This document shows, in pieces, positions 53,505 through 64,000 of a DNA stretch of 64,000 nt. Source of the DNA: Batkoa obscura (Eukaryota); NCBI GenBank assembly GCA_030770535.1, contig JASVEC010000023.1:434001-498000 (forward strand). Direction: 5' to 3'. How positions within the stretch are numbered: the first letter of the stretch is position 1; every line of letters starts with the position of its first letter. The position numbers were made by a program, and so were the translations under genes. The notes beneath the pieces are model-generated. The model was not told where the DNA came from. It did no database searches and saw nothing but the letters and a program-made list of their open reading frames with translations.

Positions 53505-53842
53505 ATTATTGGATATAAAAACATACATTTATGCATTTATAAAATTCCCATAGGCTAAATATACAATTTTTTTATCTGAAAAATGGTAGACTACAAATAG
53601 AATAATCAAGAGATGTAACTGGAGGAAGGATGGGAGTAAGGAGTTGATATAAGTAGTTAAGAAGGCTGATAGAGTGTCTAATTTTAACTTAATTGTTTTA
53701 ATAATGGATTGATTGAGACATATTTGTATTCTATTTCATCAAGTTTTCATGTCTTAATTTTGTACTTAAACTAAATATAAAATTTCACTATGAACATTTT
53801 AAATTTATGATTTATAAAAGTACAAAATATAACTCCATCAAA

Positions 53843-53928
53843 AGATGTATTTTTTTAAAATTTTACCAACAGTCTCCACTCAAATAGTACTTAAAAAACC
53901 GAAAAAATAATGAAATAAAAAAATCCTC
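53843..53928 (+). mobile_element. MITE, degenerate
   Basis: Internal consensus match. Confidence 0.7.
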
Positions 53929-54485
53929 GTTACATATCCAAAAAGATAACTTAGTTAATTTAATATATGAGAAACTCTGTAATAAACGAGTTAAAGAATA
54001 GCCCTATAAAAAACTAAAAAGTCGAGACATTACTATCATCTTTGCAACCGATGCTCCTTCATCCAGCTACTGGAGACGGAGCTAATTGCTTTTGGTTGTG
54101 TTTAATTCTATGAATGATATACTTAAACTTTTTATTCAAGTTAAAACATATAATTTAGATTATACATGTAGCTAAAAAAGTTCTTGAAGGCTATCTAAAG
54201 TCTGGAAAACAAATGAGGATAAAACAGAGAAATGTTTTAAATGTTTTTATTTGAAAAAATTGATAGAAAATCATTTTTTAAGTATAGTTTAAAATGTAAA
54301 GTAAATTTAAAAAATAATGAGTTTTTTAAAATACCTTCCATACAATGAAAATAAAAATTTCAAGTGTGAAGCTAAAATTTAAGGTAAAACGTTATTAAAG
54401 CCAATATTGGTTTTAATTTTTATATAATGAAAACATAGAAACCTTGGCTAATAGAAAAGAAGTACTAGCTAAAACCAAAGGTTAG

Positions 54486-55230
54486 TTATCTGATTGGAGT
54501 TTCAAAAGTTACGTTAAGTGCCTTTATAATGATTTCATGAACTCTATCCCATTCCTACAGTATATGTGATATGTAGTGAGTTTAATTTAATCTCGTACTT
54601 ACCAGATATATATGGGGGTTTATTTTTTTGTTTAAGAATTTTACTAGCAACTTCTCCATTTAAATAGCGCTTTGAAAATGGAAAGGTGAGGAAACCAAAA
54701 AAAACACCCCCACATGCTGTCCAAGACCTTAGTCCAAAGATGGGCAGTTTTTATTGTTATGAGAGTGATAAAAGATATGGTACTACGGTGCTTCATTTAG
54801 ATCTAGAAGATGCCATAAATATAGTGAACTATTTTCCAGGTGGTCTGAGTGAGCCAGGCATTTTATAACACATTTTAAAGGGCATATGTAAAAGATCGGA
54901 AAATTTACATGAAGCATCAATAAAAAGAAGTGATCCTATGCATAATTAAACTTTTTGTTCTGTCAAGAAACAATTAAAGAAATTATCAAATAACCATAAC
55001 CTAATTAGTTACTAAATATACCAAAAATTTGGTGATCCAGTACTAATTCTGGCTGGTTATACTCATCAAGTTCAAAACTTCCACCACTGCATTAAAATAG
55101 CAATAGGTTTTGTGGCACCAAAAAGTCCATCCGTTTATAACAAATTAATAAAGCAGGCTCAAATTTTATCGTATAATCATTTGAGGTGTGTAGATGTAAT
55201 AAAGTTGTCCAGGCTATTAACTAATAATTA
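54486..55230 (+). pseudogene. KDM3/JHDM2-like JmjC demethylase pseudogene, MITE-interrupted
   Basis: Fragments SDW..LYNDFMNSIPF, FNLISYLP, DLSPKM, GTTVLHLDLEDAIN, DPMHN* and QKFGDPVLILAGYTHQVQNFHHCIKIAIGFVAP, with stops and frameshifts. Confidence 0.8.
54614..54711 (+). mobile_element. MITE inside the JmjC pseudogene
   Basis: Consensus match; flanks ATAT / ACAT. Confidence 0.9.
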
Positions 55231-55987
55231 GAACGTGGTTCAAAAGAATCTTACTAAAAAGCCAACTTTATAAACAAAAATTAACACTAGTTTGTCCAAT
55301 AAAACTAGTTAATATGGAAAGTAAAAACTGCCTATTAATAAAAATTTATAAATTTCAAGGCAAAATTGAGAGGGGCCAAGAATAGGATAGTATCGTATAC
55401 ATCAATGTCAAGCCCAGATGAGATCGAAAATAGCGATATAAACAAAAAGATCCAAACAAGTATCAAGCATAAGAATAAGCAATTAGCTAAGGGTGGTAAA
55501 CAAATTATGGAGGATTAGTACTTTTTTTGAAAAAGTACTAAGGGGCCGCAGAATAAAGGTATTTTCATATAACCAATAGCTTGACTATATAACTATTCTT
55601 ATATTCAGGCTTAAAAAGCAAGCTTAAAGGAATTTACTATTTGCTTTTACTATTGATATTTGTCGAAACTACATAGCCTTATTTATAAAATTTGAAAATT
55701 TATTATATTAAGAACTTTTTTCTAAATTTGAAGAATAGCTTAGCTTTTATATTTATTAGTACAACTAATTATATGTAAAACTACAAATATTAAACTAACT
55801 TATTGTTTATGAGTAAAAACAACAGCTATATTCAAGCCCTTTAGCATTTATTTAAAATTTTGGAAACTTAACAAGAAGGTCTATTTCTGATCATTAGTGG
55901 GCTTAATTATTGTTTAAAATTTCATTCACAATAAATGTTACAATTAGAGCTTAACAAAACATTTTATATCGTCAAATATGTATATAT

Positions 55988-56084
55988 AGGGATGTTTTTT
56001 TGACTTCATCGCTTTTTCCATCTTTCAAGGCCTATTTGAGTGGAAAATTGTTAATAAAATTCTTAATCACAAAAATACATCCCC
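55988..56084 (-). mobile_element. MITE upstream of KRS1
   Basis: Consensus match; TSD ATAT. Confidence 0.9.
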
Positions 56085-56183
56085 ATATGTTAAATGATTT
56101 TTTTTATTGATTTTGATTTTAAATAACTTTAAATTCCAACCAAAATGGAAATGTCAAATCACTCAACAAAAATGTATAAAAAA

Positions 56184-56192
56184 ATGAGTCAT
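56184..56192 (+). promoter_or_regulatory. Gcn4/CpcA-type consensus site ATGAGTCAT
   Basis: Perfect ATGA(C/G)TCAT about 60 bp upstream of the KRS1 ATG. Confidence 0.5.
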
Positions 56193-56251
56193 ACTGCAAA
56201 AATCCCATAAATATAAAGAAAGTTAACTCTAGCTTTGTTTTTTTTTGAAAA

Positions 56252-58349
56252 ATGGCAAGTAATATTGATAACGGAGCTACTCAAGCTGAAAAATTATATA
56301 AAGATGAAGTAACTGGTGAAATGGTTTCTAAATCGTAATATTTTTATCTATTTTTTAATTATTTATTGACTGTTTCAAAGTGAATTAAAACGCCGTATTA
56401 AGCAGCGTGAAAAGGAGCAAAAAAAGGTAAAAAAGGATTAACTAGACAATTCAAAATTATTTAACTTTGAATTTAGGCTGAAAAAGAAGCTGCTACTCCA
56501 AAAGTCGCTAAAAAAGAAAGTGATAACGCTGAAGACTTAGAAGCTGACTTAAACCCAAATGTAAATCTTTTAAACTGTATTTCTGTAATACTAATAAGTT
56601 TTAGCAATATTTTGAAATTCGTTCAAAAGCTGTCAAGAAAATCCAAAATGATGGTGGTAATCCATACCCTCATAAATTCAAAGTCGATATCTCTTTACCT
56701 ACTTTTATTGAAAAATATGGTTCTATCCAAAATGGTGAAAAATCAGAAGATATTGTAACTGTTGCTGGTAATTTTTATAATTGTATAATATGTCCTATTT
56801 ATTAATTCATTTTAGGTCGTATCCATAATAAACGTTCATCTGGTGCTAAATTAAGATTTTACGATTTACACAGCGAAGCCGTTAAAATTCAAATCATGGC
56901 TAATGCCCAGTAGGTTTTATTAATTAATATTTCAGCTTATGTATTTATCTATCTTATAGAGATTCTGAACGTGATTTTGCTGAAGTCCATGACTGCATTC
57001 GCCGTGGTGATATTGTTGGTGTAAAAGGACATCCAGGACGTACCAAGAAAGGTGAATTATCAATTTTGCCTTTAGATGTTCAAGTGTTATCACCATGCTT
57101 ACATATGTTACCTACCGCCCATTTTGGATTTAAAGATTTAGAAGCTCGTTATCGTCAGCGTTATTTAGATCTTATTATGAATAATAATGTTAGGGATAAA
57201 TTTGTTACTCGTTCCAAAATTATCAAGTTTGTCCGTCAATACTTAGATAATAGTGGTTTCCTTGAAGTAGAAACCCCAATGATGAACATGATTGCTGGTG
57301 GTGCTACTGCTAAGCCTTTCATCACCCATCATAATGATCTCAACATGGATTTATATATGAGAATTGCACCAGAACTTTATCTTAAGATGTTAGTTGTCGG
57401 TGGTTTGGATCGTGTTTATGAAATCGGGAGATTATTCAGAAATGAAGGTATTGATATGACCCATAACCCTGAATTTACCACTTGTGAGTTCTATATGGCT
57501 TATGCTGATATGTATGACCTTATGGAGATTACAGAAAATATGCTTTCTTCTATGGTTAAATATCTTACTGGTGGTTACAAAGTTAAATATCACCCACATG
57601 GACCTGAAGGTGAAGAATATGAAATGGATTTCAGCCCGCCATTCCGTAGAATAAACATGATTGAAGGGCTTGAAGAAGCTCTCAATGTTAAATTCCCTCC
57701 AGCCACTGAATTCTATTCAGATGAATTTAATAAATTCTTATCGGATTTATGTATCAAGCATAAGATCGAATGCTCTGCTCCACGTACTAACGCCAGAATG
57801 TTAGATAAATTAGTTGGTGATTTCCTTGAAGTACAATGTATTAGCCCCACTTTTATCACTTGCCATCCACAAATGATGAGTCCATTAGCTAAATGGTAAG
57901 GAGATTTATATCAAAACATTATCTATATTCATAAACTATTTTAGGCATCGTGATTTCCCAGGATTAACTGAAAGATTTGAATTATTCTGTGCTACTAAGG
58001 AAATATGTAATGCATATACCGAATTAAATGATCCATTTGATCAGCGTGAGCGCTTCGGTATGCAAGCTAATGATAAAGCGGCTGGAGATGATGAAGCACA
58101 AGTTATTGATGAAAACTTCTGTACTGCCTTAGAGTACGGATTACCCCCCACTGGTGGATGGGGTATGGGTATTGATCGTCTTACCATGTTCTTAACCGAC
58201 TCTAATAACATCAAGGTAAAATTTTAATATCAATTTACAAGTAGTAATTTTACTTAAATGATGTGATTTTTTAGGAAGTTATTATGTTCCCAGCTATGAA
58301 GCCAGAAGAAGAAGGTGCTAAACCTACTGTTGCTCATGCTGATAATTAA
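56252..58349 (+). CDS. KRS1: Cytosolic lysyl-tRNA synthetase, 8 exons
   Basis: [64 protein letters not shown] and FPAMKP. Confidence 0.96.
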
Positions 58350-59549
58350 ATAGATTTATTTTTAAAATAAAAGAGGTTGAATGTGATTATTATCTAAGGT
58401 CGAATTCATACAAAAACATTTGTTATAGGTATTTTGAAATTTTAGATTAAAACTTCCTTTTAATGGGTTACTTAAATTTTTATAAAAAAATTGTCGAGGG
58501 ATAAAAAATAACCTTTTGAAAAAACGCCAATGAGTTATTTTGGAAGGCGTGGTTTATTATTATAAGTTACTTTTATAATGGATACTACTTGTTAGATGAA
58601 AGTGGCATAATCAAAGCCATTTTTGATTTGGTTTGGTTTATGGTGTAACTGTAAAGTTTGGAATTGTTAGCAGTCTAAATTCGCTTCCAAAAACGAAGAC
58701 CTTTTTAGCATACTAAGTAATACAAATGAATAGCCTTCAAATTGTATCATCTTGAAATGACTTTTACACCTGCTTCAAAAGATAAGTGCTTATGAGGTTT
58801 GATTAAATTATAAAAATAATCAAAATGAAAGTCGTTTTTTATTCATCTTTCAAGTTTAGAATTTGAGCGATTCTTAGACAAATAATCAAAATACAAACTG
58901 TTAAGTCAAAGGTCAAAAAATAATCCCACTAGAGTTTATTTGATCCATATTTGAGTATCTTGTTTATTCTGTTAAACAGTCTCTTTTTAATATAATTATA
59001 AATCAAACTGTTATTGAAAATGATTTTCTATAGCCAATACTGAAGTTTTATGAACGCTTCGTATTTTAATCAAAGAATGTAGATAATAAATAATTATAAA
59101 GCATACATTGGTTTATTTCAAATTACTTTTATATATGGAAATAGCTTCTATTTAATATTTTGTCCATTTTTAGACAATAAAATGTAAAAAATATCTGACA
59201 TAAGTTAAAACATAATCTTTAAAATGAGGTTTTAATTTTTGATTTTTTTAAGTCATCTATTACTAAAACAAAATCTTTTGAGCTCGTAGTAGTGTGTTTT
59301 TACTAAACTTCATGGAAAATAAGGAGTGATGGTTTTAATCACTCAAGAAAAACATTCAATATCTAATATCTAATTATGAGTAATTAAATAGCTATTATTC
59401 TATTTTATTAATCGGTTTTATCAAACACTAATTTGTGCTATTAAAAAAGAAATGTTGCCCAAAAACAAATTAGTTTGAGGATAAGCTTAATTTTCTCGAA
59501 TATATTTTAAAAATTTCTAAATAAAATTGACTTTTTATCAATTTGAAAA

Positions 59550-62143
59550 ATGTAAAATAATAGTAGTGTACATTGGATAGCAGCTAAATTATTTTTAGGA
59601 GTAGAGTTATAATCAAAAATTTACCAAAGCATTTAAAGGAAGACAGATTAAGAGAACATTTTCAAAAACAAGGTCATGTAACCGATGTGAAGTTGATGAA
59701 AAAAAGGTAATTGAATTTATGAATTTATAATAAAATACTAAGTATTATAAAGTGATGGTACTTCCCGAAAATTCGCTTTTATTGGTTTTAAAACAGAGAA
59801 AGAAGCCAAGGCAGCTGTTCGTTATTTTAATAACACTTTTATAGATACTTCAAAAATAACTTTGGAAATTGCTAAACCGGTAATAAAATTGAAAATGAAA
59901 AAAAACAAAGTTTAAACTTAGCTATAGGTTGGTGACTCCAGCTTACCCAAACCATGGAGTAAAATCAGTTTAGAAAAAGCCCAGAAAGAAGAAGAGAAAA
60001 GAAAAGAGTCCGAAGTAAAAATAGTAGAAGAAAGGAAAATGAACCAAAATATGGAACTATTAAAGCAGGCTGAAAAAGACCAAAAATTGAAAGAATACCT
60101 TGAAGTATATCAAAGTAGAACTCAAACAAAGACTTGGGCCAATGAAGATACTGCGAATAGTTTCCAACCTAAAGTTAAAGTCCAAACTGTCAAAAGTAAA
60201 AAGGCTGGTGGTGAAAATGTCGTTCTAACTAAAACTCATCTTACTTTCGATAATGATGATGATGATGAATATCAAGATTTGAATAAAGATACAAAAGTGG
60301 AGGAGGAGAAAGAGAAAGAACTTGAAAAAGATGAACTAGTTTTTGACAATAATGTATCTGATATGGATTATTTAAAGGCAAGAATGAAACAAAATGTTTC
60401 AGACGAAAAGGAAATTGACGACAATAACGAAAAAGAAGAACCAAAACAAGGGTTAAAAGATGAACTAGAAGAGAAAACTCAGAAAACTGAGATAAAAGGT
60501 AAAAATTATTTCATAAACTAGAGACTTTAGTTAATTTGTATTTTTTTAGAAGAATTAAGTCCAGAAGCACAAATTTTAGATAATGGTAGATTGTTTGTAC
60601 GTAATTTACCATATACATGTACCGAAGATGATCTTAGAAAATTATTTGAAAAACATGGTCCGCTATCAGAAGTCCATATGCCAATCTCCAAAGAAAGTAA
60701 AAAACCTAAAGGTTTTGCCTATATATTATATTTGTTACCAGAACATGCTTTGAAAGCATTCAATACTTTAGATAAAAGTTTTTTTCAAGGCAGATTATTA
60801 CATATACTTCCATCCAAAGATAAATTGAATACTGAAGTAAACCTTGATGATCAAAACTTGAGTTTAAGGAAGAAAAAAGAGCTTAAAATGAGACAAATGG
60901 CAACAAATTCCTACAATTGGAATTCATTATTTCTGTCACAAGATGCAGTAGCTGATGCAGTAGCTGCAAAATTAGGTATAACCAAAGGGGAGTTAATGGA
61001 TCCAGCCTCAGATGATTTAGCTACTAAATTAGCTACAGCTGAAACTAAATTACTCATGGAGATTAAAGACTTTTTTGAAGAGCATGGCGTTGATTTATCC
61101 GTTAGTAATAAAGAAAAAAGCGACACTGTGATAATTGTCAAAAACATACCATATGGTACTGAAGAATCTCAATTGCTCGAGTTATTTGGAAAGCATGGAG
61201 AAATAGAAAGAGTTCTCATACCACCATCGAAAACTATTGCTATCATTGAATTCAAGCACCCGACTGAGGCAAGAGCAGCCTTCCGCCACCTTGCATATAG
61301 AAGATTTGGAGACGCACCCCTCTATTTGGAAAAAGCACCTAAAGATGTGTTTAAGATGAAAGTAGAGAAGAAAATTGAACCAAAAGAAGAAAAAGTAGTC
61401 ACTATTGAAAAGATTCTAGCCAAGGAGGAAGAATTAGTCGAAGGAGCTACACTATTTGTTAAAAACTTAAACTTTGAAACAACTAAAGAAAGATTACAAG
61501 AATGTTTTGAAGTATTTTTAGGATTCAAATCAGCAATAGTTAGAACCAAACCAGATACCAAGAATCCTGGAAAAACTTTATCGTTAGGGTTTGGGTTTGT
61601 TGAATTTGACTCTCCGGAAAATGCAGCCTTGGCTATGAGTGGGAGACAAGATTATATGTTAGATGGACATAAATTAGTTATTAAAATATCAGAGAGAGCT
61701 ACAAAACCCAAGAAAGAAGAATCTAAACCTGTTAAAGGAGCCAAATTACTCATAAAAAATATTCCCTTTGAAGCTACTAAGAGGGATATCAGAGAGCTAT
61801 TTAGGTATTTCATAGTGACTAAAGTATTCGTTATTTTTATTTATTTATTTTATTTAGCACCTTTGGTACCATTAAAACACTTAGATTACCTTCTAAATTT
61901 TCTGGAGGACATCGTGGTTTCTGTTTCATAGAGTTCATAACTGAAAAAGAAGCAGCTAAAGTAATGGACAATCTTTCTCATACCCATTTGTATGGTAGAC
62001 ATTTAGTTATTACTTATGCAGACGAAGATGAATCGGTTGATAAGTTAAGAGAAAAAGTTAAATCTCAATTCGATAAAGATAACCAACCCAAGAAGAGAAG
62101 AGTTGTTTTAGAAGATGAAGAAAATGAAGGAGATATGTTTTAA
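59550..62143 (+). CDS. MRD1: Multiple-RRM pre-rRNA processing protein (Mrd1/RBM19), about 6 exons
   Basis: MSRVIIKNLP N-terminus, five RRMs, WNSLF motif and PLYLEKAP; C-terminal HLYGRHLV. Confidence 0.92.
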
Positions 62144-63112
62144 TTATTATAGAATCTATAGAGTAAACTTTTGTTAAATTAACCAACTATTCTTATCGAA
62201 AATATATTAATAAAGTAAGATTAAATTTTTTTACAATGTTATCATTATTGAACATTTTATTGAATGTAGCTTTACAGTTACAGGAATATCATTTAATTAA
62301 TTTATGAGATGGGCTGTAATTGAATTATATAAATTTTTTCCTCTCTAATCTAATGTGAATAGTTTCAAAAAAGTACTTGTCTAAGGCAGTATTTATTTGA
62401 TTCAGCAATATAAGAATAGGATTCGGTTGCATAAATGCTTCAATATTTAAGATTACATCTTTCATAAAGAGCATATTATAGCAAATGATGAATATGAAAT
62501 GTATGGAATCGATGACCTCTTTCATCATGATTTTGTTTATAAATTAGTAATTTATATAAAAAAACCTTTAAATATTATTCGATGTTTTTACAAAATCAGC
62601 AATAATTTTATGTCTATACACATGAAGGTTTCTACATTTGATGCTGTACTATTCAAAGATAAAAATTGACATTGATATATAATTAGAATGTACTTTATAA
62701 TGCTAACGCATTTCTGAAGATACTGTTTATTTTATTACTTATTTTGCTTTTTACTTGATAATTTTTAACTTACCGGGAGTGGTGCAAAAGCTTGGATTTT
62801 ATTTTTTAGTTTCTCAATGACCATGCTTGAACATTATAGTTTAAATCTTATGCAATTAATTATTATACTTCATGAATAAATGAATTTTTCTATAAAACAC
62901 TGTTCAGTAAACAATATAAAGAAGCAATATATTTAACATAATCAAAAATCCAAGAAGAAACTCATCGACCAATTAATAGCCTATATAAATTATACCTTGA
63001 AAGAAGCAGATATTACAATATAAGCTTTAATACTTGATCCATGTTTTAAAGAAATATTAAACTAATATTTTAAACTGCAATTCTAAAAAACACAAGGTCA
63101 AAAATAGAATAT

Positions 63113-63200
63113 GGGCATGTTTTTTTGCGTTTGTTTTACTAACAATTTTTCCGCTCAAATAGTACTTAAGGGAAAAAGCGATGAAGCCAAAAAAATTCCC
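63113..63200 (+). mobile_element. MITE
   Basis: Consensus match; TSD ATAT. Confidence 0.85.
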
Positions 63201-63313
63201 ATATAGCCTTTAAAAAAAATAATGCCAAACGAAGATTGAATAATGATGTATAAAGCAAAAAAAAACTTCAATCTTAAAAGATGTAATTTATTAATATAAT
63301 GAGAGCTCATAAA

Positions 63314-64000
63314 CTAACGAATTCTACAGGTTGAGTTACATTCCTCAATGCTAGTAAAAGCAAGACATCCACCACAACCACCATAAACGTCTTCAACACA
63401 TTTGCCTTTAGATGGATCAAAATGATAAGATGGGAAAGCTCCACGACACATTCCAGAGTCAGTTTTGATGTAACATTTTCTATCAAATTTGACTAAAGGA
63501 TTGAAAATTACATCTGGAATTTCAACTTTGCAAGATTCTTGAGAGAAAGAGCCATTAGTTTTGGGTTCTTCTTTCTTGGCTGGTTGACTGTTCTTTTTTA
63601 CACATGAGCTTTCACATTCTTGCTTACTTTCAAACACAAGACATCCATCAGCACAACCTCCAAAGGAATCTTCAATACATTTACCAGTAGCTGAGTCAAA
63701 GTGATAAGATTCAATAGACATACGACACATACCAGGTTCAGTCTTAATAAAACATTTATCATCTAATTTTTTCAAATCAGCGGATAAGTTATTAGGCTTA
63801 TTAACTTTGCAAGAGCCCTCCATTTTTCGTTCTTGTGGCTTAACTTGAGTAGCTGGTTGGTTACTCTTTTTTACACATGAGCTTTCACATTCTTGCATGC
63901 TACCGAATACGGAGCAACCATCAGCACAGCCACCAAACATACCTTTGATACATTTATTTTGTTTTAAATCAAAGTGATAGGAAGGGAAGCCAGCACGACA
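63314..64000 (-). CDS. Multi-domain (3 or more) Kunitz protein; 5' end beyond the window
   Basis: Frame open to the edge (CRAGFPSYHFD...); same 8-Cys repeat; loops CRAGF, CRMSI and CRGAF. Confidence 0.88.
   Translation of the reverse strand, partial: CRAGFPSYHFDLKQNKCIKGMFGGCADGCSVFGSMQECESSCVKKSNQPATQVKPQERKMEGSCKVNKPNNLSADLKKLDDKCFIKTEPGMCRMSIESYHFDSATGKCIEDSFGGCADGCLVFESKQECESSCVKKNSQPAKKEEPKTNGSFSQESCKVEIPDVIFNPLVKFDRKCYIKTDSGMCRGAFPSYHFDPSKGKCVEDVYGGCGGCLAFTSIEECNSTCRIR

Noticed and set aside
55515..55541. Perfect 12-bp hairpin TTAGTACTTTTT-TTG-AAAAAGTACTAA
   Set aside because: Isolated and AT-rich, with no second copy or context; a bacterial-style terminator is not applicable.

Overview
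Very AT-rich eukaryotic DNA with short GT-AG introns and fungal-type genes. An early-diverging fungus is likely; an Entomophthorales-like lineage is only my inference. About 1-47 kb is a transposon-rich island of intronless secreted-protein families. It holds six copies of an HSL/kynurenine-formamidase-like alpha/beta-hydrolase (4 intact, 2 dead) interleaved with three identical tRNA-Phe(GAA) genes. It also holds nine two-domain Kunitz/BPTI-type inhibitor genes with an unusual 8-Cys repeat (8 intact, 1 nonsense), six of which lie in a near-perfect ~5.95-kb inverted repeat. Two intact 2,464-bp Sola-like DNA transposons (GGGG..CCCC termini, 4-bp TSDs), three older relics and about 24 related ~100-bp MITEs are scattered through the window. 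The transposon's 3' non-coding region folds into a ~350-nt multi-stem structure with G-U pairs and compensatory changes across relic copies, a candidate undescribed transposon-encoded RNA. About 47-62 kb holds intron-containing genes (an orphan gene, ADE5,7, KRS1, MRD1) and a KDM3-like JmjC pseudogene. A multi-domain Kunitz gene runs off the right edge.
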